Shown in pieces: positions 35,747-45,839 of a stretch of DNA of 64,000 nt. The stretch spans positions 32,001-96,000 of the IMG/VR virus record IMGVR_UViG_3300027917_000021. The stretch is one strand, 5' to 3'. Source of the stretch: a virus. The position numbers and the translations under genes are program-made. The notes under the pieces are model-generated. The model was not told the origin of the DNA, searched no databases, and saw nothing but the letters and a program-made list of their open reading frames with translations. Each line of letters opens with the position of its first letter. Within the stretch, counting starts at the first letter, position 1.

Positions 35747-36682
35747 ATGAAATGGCCACATAAAAAATTTATACAAGCACTGCTTTGTGAAAGATATGGT
35801 CCGGATCAGGTATTGGAAGAATTAAATAAGTATAATCTTCCTTTTCCAGTACAGGAACTTCAGGATATTTATATGGAGATAAAACCAAAGCAGGAAGCTT
35901 ATTTTAATCATAGAAGAAAAGAAATAGATCGTGATTTCCTTGATAATGAAGGTCTGCATAGAATGTGGGCTTACTACTTCAAGAAACCTACGGATTTAGA
36001 TACAAATCCTATAAAAGGTGCATTTTCTTTATTAGAAAATACGCAACTCCGTATTTTATTATTTGCTATGGCATTAGCAGGAGTATCTCCTGAAGATGCC
36101 GAATTAATAGTAAATGCTAAATTTGATATTAATGCATCTTCAGAAGATATTGATTCTTTTTTATTTTACTTTTTTAATTTAGAAAACTTTAATTATAGTG
36201 AAAAAACTGCATTAGAAGATATATTTGCAAAAGACGTTTCTACTAAACGAGCTTTTAAACTTGCTTTAACAGGCGATAAAAATTATATGCTTTGGAAATT
36301 AGGTGCAGCCCCAGACAAAAGTTTTGATCAAATGCTTCGTGATATGCTAGCTGATTCTTATTATATATTTAAAGAAAAAGCAAAATTGGACCCGGATACC
36401 GCAACTAAATTTGGTAGTTTGGCAGTAAAATTAGCTGATAGACTAGAGCGTGTAATGATCAATGAACAAAAAGCAGACGATTTATTTTCAGAGATAAAAT
36501 TTGATATAGAAAAAAATAATGAAGTGGTGAAAGTTCCGACAGCTGACGAAATTGGAGCAGAGGTTGGTGGAAAATTCGACGATTATGAAATAAAAAGCAA
36601 ATTACCAGATTTTAAACATATGGAACAATTAAATCCGGCCATGCCCGGTAAACCAAAGGATTTGGAAGATTTAGATGACTAA
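35747..36682 (+). CDS. hypothetical protein, terminase small subunit candidate
   Basis: Helical 311 aa, two genes upstream of TerL; positional inference only. Confidence 0.5.
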   Translation: MKWPHKKFIQALLCERYGPDQVLEELNKYNLPFPVQELQDIYMEIKPKQEAYFNHRRKEIDRDFLDNEGLHRMWAYYFKKPTDLDTNPIKGAFSLLENTQLRILLFAMALAGVSPEDAELIVNAKFDINASSEDIDSFLFYFFNLENFNYSEKTALEDIFAKDVSTKRAFKLALTGDKNYMLWKLGAAPDKSFDQMLRDMLADSYYIFKEKAKLDPDTATKFGSLAVKLADRLERVMINEQKADDLFSEIKFDIEKNNEVVKVPTADEIGAEVGGKFDDYEIKSKLPDFKHMEQLNPAMPGKPKDLEDLDD

Positions 36683-36878
36683 AATAAGATTAATTAATTC
36701 CAATGCTGTTCGAGAAGCAAAACCAGTGCCTGCTTTAGCAAACATACAAAATATGGTATCAAGAAAATTGGCTGAATTAAATATTTATACTACTAATTTA
36801 TCAATCACGATGACTGCAGGAAAATATCCTGATGTAAATATAGAAGGTGTTTTAAATACAGATTTATGGCCAAAATAG
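36675..36878 (+). CDS. hypothetical protein
   Basis: Overlaps both neighbours. Confidence 0.55.
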   Translation: MTKIRLINSNAVREAKPVPALANIQNMVSRKLAELNIYTTNLSITMTAGKYPDVNIEGVLNTDLWPK

Positions 36879-38419
36879 TTAAAATAGCCCCTAGCCAGTT
36901 TACAGAGCGATTTCTCTATCTAAATGGTAAACCGTTTTCATTTTCGAATTATGAATTCATGAAACCGATTTATGATTTAGATGCATCAGAAATTGTAATG
37001 AAATTTTCTCGTCAAACATCAAAGTCTACTACCATGGCGAATATTATGATGTCTAAAGCGGCCATGACACCGCATTTTAGACAATTGTATGTATCACCTT
37101 CAGTAGACCAAACAAAAATATTTTCTGGTGATCGTGTAGCACCGGTAATTGAATCAAGCCCTATTGTTAAAAAGCATTATGTGAATTCGAATGTATCACA
37201 GAATGTGTTTACAAAACGATTCCTTAACGGAAGTGTGCTATATCTCAGATATGCACAACAATCAGCTGACCGCCTCCGTGGTTTGTCAACCGATATAAAT
37301 TACTACGACGAAGCACAGGATTTGAATATGGAGATCATTCCTGTTGTTAATCAGTCTATGTCCAGGTCTTTATATAAAAAGACAGTTTATTCCGGAACTC
37401 CAAAAAGAACAAAAGGTACGTTAGCTGAACTTTGGTACCGCTCCACAATGTATGAATGGTTCTCTAAATGTGAGCATTGTGGTAAGTGGAATTACTTAGA
37501 TCAGAAAAACATCGGGTTGCATGGTGTCATATGCCGATACTGTGGGGAGCATCTTGACACTTCTAAAGGTCAATGGGTTAGTACTGGAGACAGAGATTCT
37601 AGAACCAAGGGTTTTAGGGTTAACCTATTGATGTTTGAGGCAGCACCCTGGGTTGATTGGCAAACTGACGTTATAGAGTACCGTAAGACTTGTCCAAGTG
37701 ATGCTATTTTTTATAATGAAGTTTTAGGTCTAGAATATGACGACGGTGTACAGCCAATCACCCTTGCTGATTTAAGAAGGTGTGCAACTGGCGGTCCGAT
37801 GCTGGAAGATCCAACCCAATTAGACTTATCAAGAGTACATACAACAATGGGGTTAGATTATGGGCCGGTAAACAGTAATAAATCTAAAACAGTTGCCTGT
37901 GTTATACAAAGAGATTCCGATAAAATAAAAGTTAAATATTTAAAAAGATATAAAGGCCATGAGGCTGATTATTCTTTTATTCATGGTGATATTCCACAGA
38001 TTTTTGCCAAATGGCATGCGGTGGTTATAGGGGCTGATGCTGGATTAGGAGATGGCCCTAATTCTGAAATACGGGCGCGTATTGGTATGCCTGAGCGATT
38101 GATTGCATTTAGGCATTCAGGATCACAAAGAGCAAAAGCAAAGTGGAATCCAAGTAGCAGTGAGTATACGCTTAATCGCAATATGGTCATGACAGACCTG
38201 TTCCGCAAGATTAAAAACAGACAAGTAGAGTTCCCTCGTTGGGAAGACTTTGAGCCTTTTGCCGACGATTTTATGAATATTGTAATCGAATATGATGATC
38301 GTTTAGGTACATATAAATATGTAAATACTGGCCCAGACGATGCACTACATTCAATTTTGTTTGGTGAGTTGGCACTTCAATTATTAACCGCGCGTGACGC
38401 AATGTTGATGGACTATTAA
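36866..38419 (+). CDS. terL: terminase large subunit (lambda gpA-like)
   Basis: KFSRQTSKST Walker A, RLRG..YYDEAQD Walker B, SGTP, CEHC/CRYC, GLDYG and DDALHS RNase H acidic residues. Confidence 0.9.
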   Translation: MAKIVKIAPSQFTERFLYLNGKPFSFSNYEFMKPIYDLDASEIVMKFSRQTSKSTTMANIMMSKAAMTPHFRQLYVSPSVDQTKIFSGDRVAPVIESSPIVKKHYVNSNVSQNVFTKRFLNGSVLYLRYAQQSADRLRGLSTDINYYDEAQDLNMEIIPVVNQSMSRSLYKKTVYSGTPKRTKGTLAELWYRSTMYEWFSKCEHCGKWNYLDQKNIGLHGVICRYCGEHLDTSKGQWVSTGDRDSRTKGFRVNLLMFEAAPWVDWQTDVIEYRKTCPSDAIFYNEVLGLEYDDGVQPITLADLRRCATGGPMLEDPTQLDLSRVHTTMGLDYGPVNSNKSKTVACVIQRDSDKIKVKYLKRYKGHEADYSFIHGDIPQIFAKWHAVVIGADAGLGDGPNSEIRARIGMPERLIAFRHSGSQRAKAKWNPSSSEYTLNRNMVMTDLFRKIKNRQVEFPRWEDFEPFADDFMNIVIEYDDRLGTYKYVNTGPDDALHSILFGELALQLLTARDAMLMDY

Positions 38420-38420
38420 T

Positions 38421-38834
38421 ATGAAATACTTTGAAAAATTGTCAGGTTTTGGTGATTTTACTAGAAAAATGTTTAGTTATCATGACCTAGATAAAATGTC
38501 GGAAGAAACAAAAATACCTAAAAAATATTTAGAATATCAGTATCATAATACCCGTGTTCCAAATTCTTTTTTGTATTCATATGACAATGCTAAAAAAGAT
38601 ATGACAAAACTTTATAATTTAAGAAAAACATATGAAACTACCAGAGCACCACTACTTAAACTTAAAGAAGGATCAAAAGAAGACAAAGCCTTTTTAAAAA
38701 AGAATAAAAAAACTTTAGATAGTCAATTATTGGCCTGGGCAACGTACGGTAAGGGATTGCAAGAAAAATATCATAAGATAAAAAATCAACCGTCAGGTAC
38801 AATAGATTACAAAAAAAATTTAAAGAATAAATGA
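38421..38834 (+). CDS. MKYFEKLS-tagged basic protein
   Basis: Tag; Lys-rich. Confidence 0.75.
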   Translation: MKYFEKLSGFGDFTRKMFSYHDLDKMSEETKIPKKYLEYQYHNTRVPNSFLYSYDNAKKDMTKLYNLRKTYETTRAPLLKLKEGSKEDKAFLKKNKKTLDSQLLAWATYGKGLQEKYHKIKNQPSGTIDYKKNLKNK

Positions 38835-39241
38835 AATATTTTAAAAAGTTAGCTGCCGGGCCACCTGTTATTTTTAAAGTCCACCCAAAGAATCCAGAGG
38901 TAAAAGGAGCTTATATAATGCCTCGAAGAGAATGGGAAGTTTATCGTATTACACAAGATGAGGCTTTAGCAAATAAAGTTAGGAAAAAGGGGGCAATTCT
39001 TATAAATCCGGCAATAAAAGATCCAGAGCATATAAAGAAAATTAAACGTCATGAGTTGGTCCATTATTTACGACATAAAAACCGTCAGTGGTCGTCTATG
39101 AATTATGGTGCACTTCCCGGGGCACGTTTTGTTGAAGAAACGGCAGCATACGGGAAAGTACATGGAAGCAAAATAAAAGGCATGTTACATGCTATGAAAT
39201 CATCAAAACCTATAAGAGCAGTAGGAAAATTATTACATTGA
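38831..39241 (+). CDS. MKYFKKLA-tagged HExxH zinc metallopeptidase-like protein
   Basis: KRHELVH...EETAA (HExxH plus downstream Glu ligand). Confidence 0.7.
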   Translation: MKYFKKLAAGPPVIFKVHPKNPEVKGAYIMPRREWEVYRITQDEALANKVRKKGAILINPAIKDPEHIKKIKRHELVHYLRHKNRQWSSMNYGALPGARFVEETAAYGKVHGSKIKGMLHAMKSSKPIRAVGKLLH

Positions 39242-40593
39242 GATACTTCGAAAAAAATGCCGATATTGTAAGAGAGTATAAAGATAGTCCAAAAGGATTG
39301 TTATATATTGCTCCAACTGGCTCTGGCAAAACTAAAAAAATATTAGAAGCTACTAGAAATGATCAGGCTGTTGCCATTACTCCAGCGTCAATAACAAAAA
39401 ATCTAGATAAAGAAGAACGTAAATTTTTTAATACACGTTCTTCAAGAAAATCTTTTACGTATGCTAAATTATCTCGTGGTGTTGATCTTCCGGAAAGAAA
39501 ACATTTGATATTGGACGAATCTCACAATATAAAAAATCCTAAGACAAAAACTTTTCAGAATATAGCATTACAAAGATGGAAGTTTGACAAAGCACTTTTA
39601 GCAACAGCAACGCCGATGTATAATGAACCATACGATATTGTATCCCAGGTGAATCTTGTTGCCAATCAAAAAGTTCTTCCAATGAATAAAAAAGATTTTT
39701 ACAAAAAATTTTATACGGAAGTTCAAAACGATCCTGGGCTAGTTGGACGTTTATTAGGAATTAAAGGTGCTAAAGAAAGAGTTTTAAAAGATCCAAAGCA
39801 TGTTCGCTCATTATTAGATAAGCATACTTATGTAGTCAGTGGTAATAAAGTAGAAAAACTTTTACCAAAGAAAGATGAAGAAATTGTTAAAGTTCCGATG
39901 TCAAAGAATCAGCAGGAACTTTATAAATACGTAAGTAAAAAATTGCCTTTTTATTTAAAATACAAAATACAAAGGAATCTTCCTCCAACTAAAACAGAAC
40001 AGAAAGACTTAAATAGATATTTGATGGGAGTAAGACAGGTTTCTAATACAACTCGTGGGTATAGTAGTACTCCTGAAAGTCCCAAATTTGAAAAAATGGT
40101 AGCTGACGCAAGAACAGAATTAAAGGCTGGAGGAAAAGTATTAATGTATTCAAACTTTAGAGAATCTGGAGTTGATGCATTATCAAAACGTTTAGAAAAC
40201 TTAAAAATTCCACATGGCAAGATCGTTGGAAGTATGACCAAAAAACAAAGGGCAGAAGAAGTATCAAAATATACAAGCAACAAAAATAAAGTATTACTAT
40301 ACAGTGGGGCCGGATCAGAAGGATTAAATTTACCAAAAACAACTTTGGTACAAATAGCAGAACCTTTTTGGAACAAATCAAGAATAGAACAAGCAGAAGC
40401 AAGAGGAATACGTAGAGGTGATGATCCCAAAAGAACTGTAAAAGTTAAAAAATACTTGTCAGTATTTCCGGAAGAGAAAAATATATTTGGTAAGAAGAAA
40501 CAAAAACGTGCTGTGGATGAGTATCTGGTAGAAATGTCAAATAGAAAAAACAAAGAAATAAAACAACTGCTTGAGGCAATAAAGGACGAGTAA
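39238..40593 (+). CDS. MRYFEKNA-tagged SF2/SNF2-like helicase/translocase (TTG start)
   Basis: APTGSGKT, LDESH, ATATP, GSEGLNL, FWN...QAEARGIRRG. Confidence 0.9.
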   Translation: MRYFEKNADIVREYKDSPKGLLYIAPTGSGKTKKILEATRNDQAVAITPASITKNLDKEERKFFNTRSSRKSFTYAKLSRGVDLPERKHLILDESHNIKNPKTKTFQNIALQRWKFDKALLATATPMYNEPYDIVSQVNLVANQKVLPMNKKDFYKKFYTEVQNDPGLVGRLLGIKGAKERVLKDPKHVRSLLDKHTYVVSGNKVEKLLPKKDEEIVKVPMSKNQQELYKYVSKKLPFYLKYKIQRNLPPTKTEQKDLNRYLMGVRQVSNTTRGYSSTPESPKFEKMVADARTELKAGGKVLMYSNFRESGVDALSKRLENLKIPHGKIVGSMTKKQRAEEVSKYTSNKNKVLLYSGAGSEGLNLPKTTLVQIAEPFWNKSRIEQAEARGIRRGDDPKRTVKVKKYLSVFPEEKNIFGKKKQKRAVDEYLVEMSNRKNKEIKQLLEAIKDE

Positions 40594-41081
40594 TGAAATA
40601 TTTTGAAAAACAGGCAGCAGGGCCACACGTAGTGTATGATACTATACCAAAAGAATTTGGGAATCTAAGAGGTGGATATTTATCAGACAAGTATATTAAG
40701 TATGTCCCAAAAAAATGGCAGGAAAGTACAAAAAAGAAAAAAGGACTTGTCATGATAAGTAAACCTATTCATGATCAGTTAATAAACAAATATGAATCAG
40801 ATCTTATAATACAAGGACTGCCAAAGCCAGTCATTGAAAAAGAAACGAAAAGATACGGAAATAAAATTATACAAAATACAAAAAGACATGAATTAGTGCA
40901 TCATTTACGTGCACAAAAAGGCAAATGGTCTAGTATAGAGACTGGCAAAAACCCAATTAAAAGAATAGTAGAAGAAACTGCGGCACATGGGAGAGTGGCA
41001 GGAAATAAATGGAAAGGGTTTAAAGAAGCCACAGAACTACATGCTCCAAAAATATACAAAATTATAAAAAAATTAATATGA
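40593..41081 (+). CDS. MKYFEKQA-tagged HExxH zinc metallopeptidase-like protein
   Basis: KRHELVH..WSS...EETAAHG; paralog of 38831. Confidence 0.7.
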   Translation: MKYFEKQAAGPHVVYDTIPKEFGNLRGGYLSDKYIKYVPKKWQESTKKKKGLVMISKPIHDQLINKYESDLIIQGLPKPVIEKETKRYGNKIIQNTKRHELVHHLRAQKGKWSSIETGKNPIKRIVEETAAHGRVAGNKWKGFKEATELHAPKIYKIIKKLI

Positions 41082-41491
41082 AATACTTTGAGAAGCAGGC
41101 AGACTTTTCCGAATGGTGGGATAACCGCAAAGAAGATTGGCAACAAGCAAAATACTTAGCTAAACATAAATATTATGTTTATAAAGGTGGCCGAGAACTT
41201 GGTGCAGATCCTATTACGTTGTTAAAACATGATTGGTCAAAATTAAAACCATCAATATGGGTGCCATATCGTGAATTTTTTTATGGTGGACATGGAAAAG
41301 ACCCTATGGTATTTCATGAGTTTCGAAGAGCTGTAGGAAAACATGTAGCCTCAGAAACACACCACGATTATAAATACAAAAACACAGGTAAACCCACAGC
41401 GGAAAATATAGCTGATTGGTGGAGCATTCAAAAAATACATCATCCGGAAACTCCGGATATTAAAACTTGGATTAGAAAAGGTGTAAAATAA
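41078..41491 (+). CDS. MKYFEKQA-tagged DUF5662-like HD protein
   Basis: HKYYV, KHDWSKL, H....HH, IADW. Confidence 0.7.
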   Translation: MKYFEKQADFSEWWDNRKEDWQQAKYLAKHKYYVYKGGRELGADPITLLKHDWSKLKPSIWVPYREFFYGGHGKDPMVFHEFRRAVGKHVASETHHDYKYKNTGKPTAENIADWWSIQKIHHPETPDIKTWIRKGVK

Positions 41492-41501
41492 CAATTAGGT
41501 A

Positions 41502-41530
41502 TTGACAAAATAATACGTACGTGTTATATT
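41502..41530 (+). promoter_or_regulatory. sigma70-type promoter of head operon
   Basis: TTGACA-N17-TATATT; ACGTACGT in spacer. Confidence 0.8.
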
Positions 41531-41557
41531 TTAGAAACTTCAAATGGATGGAAGACA

Positions 41558-42517
41558 ATGACAAACGAGCAAATCGAATACTTCGGAAAAGAAGCGGCTA
41601 AAACATACCTTGAAGAAGGCACTGAATTAAATGAAACAATTACAAAAATAGCAGAAGAACACGCTCTTAACCGATATGAAATCGAAAGAATAGTAGAAGC
41701 GGCAAACACTAATACTTATTTATCTATGTTTAGTAATTTAGATGATAAATATATAGAATTTCCAGTAGCAGATGTTGAAAAAATAGCAGAAGCTTTATCG
41801 CCTATTGTGGAAGATGATCCGTATTATGATTATGATGAGCCGCCTGAAAAAGAATTAGAAGAAGTACAAATTTTTCCAGTTGAGGGTGCTGAGAAGACAT
41901 CCTCCGTTGCAGAAGAAAACAAGTTTTCTTCTGAAAATCTTCAATTCCGTCAGCGTGCTAAGTATGCAGAACAACAATTGATAGAAAGAATATCTCTAGC
42001 TGAGAATGCTTTTTCGGAGGAAACAGAGAATCTTTATCAAATGGTAAAACAAGCGGTGCTATCTGGTACCCGCTTCGGGCATATCAAAGCCGCGATGGAA
42101 CAGTACTCTCCTGGAAAATTTGTAGAAAAATTTGCTGAGTATACAAAAGAAAGATTAAAAAAAGAAGATCTTAGACTTGATCTTTCTGATTGTGAAGAAA
42201 AACTTGGTACAGTAAATAAAAATAATGAAATTATGAAGCAGCTTGATAAGATTGCAAATATTTATGGTGAAGCTGCTGTGTATAATGAAAAACTTGCAGC
42301 TTTTGGTTTAGATGTTGTCCGCCGCCTAGGTTCCGGTGCAATGAATTTTGGAAGAGGTGCTTTACGGTTCGCGGATACACACTCACGTACGGCATTATTT
42401 GGAACTGCAGCCGCAGGAGCTGTTGGTAGTGGTATAGCATATAAAGCAGGAAAAACAAAAGCTGAATATGAATTGTCTGCCATCCGAAACATACCACAAA
42501 AATATCAGAAGAGGTAA
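41558..42517 (+). CDS. head core/scaffold-like protein with KxA sites and C-terminal Gly/Ala module
   Basis: Acidic helical; GKEA, TKIA, EKIA, EKFA, DKIA, EKLA followed by basic Gly/Ala-rich tail. Confidence 0.6.
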   Translation: MTNEQIEYFGKEAAKTYLEEGTELNETITKIAEEHALNRYEIERIVEAANTNTYLSMFSNLDDKYIEFPVADVEKIAEALSPIVEDDPYYDYDEPPEKELEEVQIFPVEGAEKTSSVAEENKFSSENLQFRQRAKYAEQQLIERISLAENAFSEETENLYQMVKQAVLSGTRFGHIKAAMEQYSPGKFVEKFAEYTKERLKKEDLRLDLSDCEEKLGTVNKNNEIMKQLDKIANIYGEAAVYNEKLAAFGLDVVRRLGSGAMNFGRGALRFADTHSRTALFGTAAAGAVGSGIAYKAGKTKAEYELSAIRNIPQKYQKR

Positions 42518-42520
42518 TGA

Positions 42521-43159
42521 ATGAAAAATGTGGAGCGAATAATCCGCCTTTATAAAGATGGAAAAATAGATGACACAACCATGGTTAAGATGGCAGTATT
42601 CAAAGAAAAGGTTGCAGAACTGATTAAAGAAAGTGGGCCCGGCGGTTTAACAAAAAATCAAGTATTGATGGCAGCTGCAATCTCTGCTGGTATTGGTTTG
42701 GGAAGTCAGGCTATTGAAAGTTTATCTAATTACTTTATAACAACGCGTGCAAAAAAACAATTAGATGAAACAACCGAGAAAATATTTGAAGATATTTATA
42801 ATTCACCGGAAGTAAAATCCTTTCCACGTGAAGTTGCGGAACAATATTTTAATACATTGAAACATTTTTCACCACATGTTGCCTCTGATCCATTAGCTGC
42901 AAAAACTTATTTATTGCAAATGCTCAAATGGTCAGATGAATATTCCGCTCCTATATCTACTATGACTGTAAGAGATTTAGCAGAAGTAGAAAATAAAGCT
43001 ATGGATGCTTTAAATAAAAGACCACTAGCAGGACCAGATATTGGTAAATTTACAGCACCAATTGTGGAGAGCATACAAAAAGCACCAAAAAACTTGTATA
43101 CGGAAATAAAAGAAACGCCACAGTCACTTCAAACAAGTATGTTTAACGAATATGATTAA
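42521..43159 (+). CDS. head-associated protein
   Basis: VKMA, EKVA, IKES then AAAISAGIGLG hydrophobic helix; position before protease. Confidence 0.55.
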   Translation: MKNVERIIRLYKDGKIDDTTMVKMAVFKEKVAELIKESGPGGLTKNQVLMAAAISAGIGLGSQAIESLSNYFITTRAKKQLDETTEKIFEDIYNSPEVKSFPREVAEQYFNTLKHFSPHVASDPLAAKTYLLQMLKWSDEYSAPISTMTVRDLAEVENKAMDALNKRPLAGPDIGKFTAPIVESIQKAPKNLYTEIKETPQSLQTSMFNEYD

Positions 43160-44891
43160 ATATTTAGATTATTATCCAGGCGATAAAGGCGTTGAAATTT
43201 CTCTGATACATCCTGGTGTAATGGAGAAAACAGCCGAATATCATCCGGAACTACAAGAATTTTTACAAGTTTTAAAACCAGACCCAAAAAGATACTTTCT
43301 TTTAGTCAATGCATTAGGTGCAGGCGAATATTATGGCAGTAATCGCAATGGTGATTATTTCCCTGAACCTGCTTTGGTTGAATATCATAAGACCTTTGAA
43401 ACACTTGGAAAAGTATTTAGACATCACAAAAATAAACCTCAATTAGGCCATCGTGTTTATGGTGAAATTCTTTATTCTCATTATAATCCTAAAATGCACA
43501 GAGTAGAATTGGTTATTGGGCTTGATGTTGGTGCAGCACCAGATCTAAAAGAAAGAATTGATCGTGGTGAATTTCCACCAATTTCTATGGGATCGAAAGT
43601 TCCTTATGATGAATGTTCTATTTGTGGTAATAAAGCACCAAGAATACAGGATTATTGTGAACACGCAAAAACAATGATGAATCATGTTATGCCTGATGGT
43701 CGTAAAGTTTATGTTATTAATCGCAAACCTAAGTTTTTTGATATCAGCTTCGTTCATGTGCCGGCCGATCGTACAGCATATACTTTACGAAAAGTTGCTG
43801 AATACGTAGAAGAGGAACCATCGGCTATTAAAACTGCAAAAGCATTAAAACAGGCTGGCATTAAAGAATCAACCATCGTAAAAATCATAGATGGTCAAGT
43901 TGACTATGCCGGGCCAGATCCAAGCCGTCTTATTGTAGAATCACAGCCTAATATGTCAAAAAGGCTGATTAATGATTTGGCACATTCAGCCCCATTAAAT
44001 GAAGTACTAAGTACTCTCGTAGCTACAAGAGTTATGCCTAAAAAAGCAGAATTTCAAAGATTAATATTAACTGCAAAAGGCCAAGAAAAATTAGCAGAAG
44101 AACTTGAGAGAGAAAAAGTTTGTTTTATTATACATGATGATATTGAACCGGTTATTCCGAATGATGTGAATATTCATCAGTTCAACCAAAAAACAGCAGA
44201 AGTATTACGTTCTTATCCAGAATATTTTGAAAGAGCGCCATTAACTAAACCGGTTGTCATGGCCCGGATACTTGAGAAATATGCATTTTTAGATACTGGC
44301 CATCAAAAAGGCAGTCCAATGGAACAAGCAGGAGTAATCCCTCCTTTAAAAGATATGCCTGACGACAAACAAAATACTCATGGAGAAGAACAGCCTATTA
44401 TATCCCCTATAAAAAACCCACTAATACCTCTTACAGCAATAGGCGGTTTATATTTAGGTGTTTCAAAACTTATGAATTCTTTTGGTGCTGCAGAAGGACT
44501 AAAAGCATTATTGGCAAATAATCCGTGGTTGCTTCCTATACTTATAGGAGGAGCAACTATTGGTAGCATGGAAATGCAAAAGCGATTATTTGAAAAAACT
44601 GCTTCCGGAGTTGGATTTTTAGGAAGTATGTTATTAAGTGTTCCGGCCACTTATCTTTATGCCGGTTTTCAGGAAAACAAAGTAAGGCAAGGCAGACCAA
44701 TAGGCTCTTATTCTAACTTTGTTAGAAAGAATCCTCTATTGGCAAGCATTGGCCATGGTTTTCTTGGCAGTAAGACAACAAAATTGTTGTCTAAAGTAGG
44801 AGAAGCAAAAGGCAAACTTTTTGATGCTTCTCTTCAATTAGATGAACAAAAATTTAATAATATTTATAATATTGTTATACATGGTAATTAG
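43152..44891 (+). CDS. prohead maturation protease (HK97/assemblin-type, Zn-ribbon insertion) with C-terminal extension
   Basis: NRNGDYF, FRHH (catalytic His), ISMG (catalytic Ser), CSICG..CEH, FFDISFV.VPAD. Confidence 0.8.
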   Translation: MIKYLDYYPGDKGVEISLIHPGVMEKTAEYHPELQEFLQVLKPDPKRYFLLVNALGAGEYYGSNRNGDYFPEPALVEYHKTFETLGKVFRHHKNKPQLGHRVYGEILYSHYNPKMHRVELVIGLDVGAAPDLKERIDRGEFPPISMGSKVPYDECSICGNKAPRIQDYCEHAKTMMNHVMPDGRKVYVINRKPKFFDISFVHVPADRTAYTLRKVAEYVEEEPSAIKTAKALKQAGIKESTIVKIIDGQVDYAGPDPSRLIVESQPNMSKRLINDLAHSAPLNEVLSTLVATRVMPKKAEFQRLILTAKGQEKLAEELEREKVCFIIHDDIEPVIPNDVNIHQFNQKTAEVLRSYPEYFERAPLTKPVVMARILEKYAFLDTGHQKGSPMEQAGVIPPLKDMPDDKQNTHGEEQPIISPIKNPLIPLTAIGGLYLGVSKLMNSFGAAEGLKALLANNPWLLPILIGGATIGSMEMQKRLFEKTASGVGFLGSMLLSVPATYLYAGFQENKVRQGRPIGSYSNFVRKNPLLASIGHGFLGSKTTKLLSKVGEAKGKLFDASLQLDEQKFNNIYNIVIHGN

Positions 44892-44894
44892 GTA

Positions 44895-44923
44895 TTGACA
44901 AGAATTGTACAATTCTTTATATT
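44895..44923 (+). promoter_or_regulatory. sigma70-type promoter with palindromic spacer
   Basis: TTGACA-N17-TATATT; perfect palindrome AAGAATTGTACAATTCTT at 44900-44917. Confidence 0.8.
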
Positions 44924-44964
44924 TAAACTGATTTCCATTTAATTTTAAACGGAGGAAAATATAA

Positions 44965-45546
44965 ATGGCTAAAGAAGGATTTAACCTTGAATCTTTTCTA
45001 AAAACTTTAGAAGATGACAAGGAAAAAACAGCTGAAGAAAAAGTAGAAGAACCAGTAGAAGAGCCTACTGAAGAACCTACTGAAGAACCTACTGAAGAAG
45101 AACCAGCAGAAGAAACAAAAACTGCTGAAAATCTCGAAAGAGAAAAAGTAGCTGAGCTGGTGGAAGAAGGCCAAATCATGGCTCGCGCTTTCCACGAAGA
45201 ATTAACAAAACTTGCTGTTGGTGATGGACCTTATACACCAAATCCAGCAGCTATAAAAGAGCCTAACGAAGTTAGCCACATGAGTGTTGGTGACATTAAA
45301 ATGGACCAAACAGCCAAAGTGGAAGCTCTTTTAAATCAAATTCAAGCTGCTGTACGTAGTGGTGGCGGAGACATGACATTTACGTTTAATCCTGGTGGGT
45401 CACAACCGGTAGTACCAGATGAAACCGTACTTCCTGCAGATGCTGCATCAGCACAAAAATCTCAAGCAGCCGCTGCAAGCATGAATAAAGCTGCAGCCGC
45501 AAAAATCATTGATAATCTTTACAAGAAAGTATTTGGAGAAGAATAA
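44965..45546 (+). CDS. scaffold-like acidic protein
   Basis: EEPT repeats; EKTA, TKTA, EKVA, TKLA; GGAGG RBS. Confidence 0.65.
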   Translation: MAKEGFNLESFLKTLEDDKEKTAEEKVEEPVEEPTEEPTEEPTEEEPAEETKTAENLEREKVAELVEEGQIMARAFHEELTKLAVGDGPYTPNPAAIKEPNEVSHMSVGDIKMDQTAKVEALLNQIQAAVRSGGGDMTFTFNPGGSQPVVPDETVLPADAASAQKSQAAAASMNKAAAAKIIDNLYKKVFGEE

Positions 45547-45839
45547 TGGGACTTTTAGAAACTTACGAAGCCATGCAAAAAGAGGCAGCGGTTGCGGAAG
45601 TTGAAGCCCAACGTCGCGAAATGTTGACGAAATATGCTTCTGCCGCTGAAGAACTTCTTGAGAATGAATATGGCGATGATTATAATGCTGATGATGTAGA
45701 ACTATTAGCTGAGAAATTAATTGAAGCTGATGTAGAGGCTATGGAACAGCAAGAAAAAGTTGCTGAATATGAAGAAGCCGGCAAAATAATGGCACAAGCT
45801 TTTATTAAAGAGCTTAAAGAAAAAAAATCCGAAAAATAA
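45546..45839 (+). CDS. scaffold-like acidic protein
   Basis: Shares EKVAE..E.G.IMA.AF..EL with 44965 and 45840. Confidence 0.65.
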   Translation: MGLLETYEAMQKEAAVAEVEAQRREMLTKYASAAEELLENEYGDDYNADDVELLAEKLIEADVEAMEQQEKVAEYEEAGKIMAQAFIKELKEKKSEK

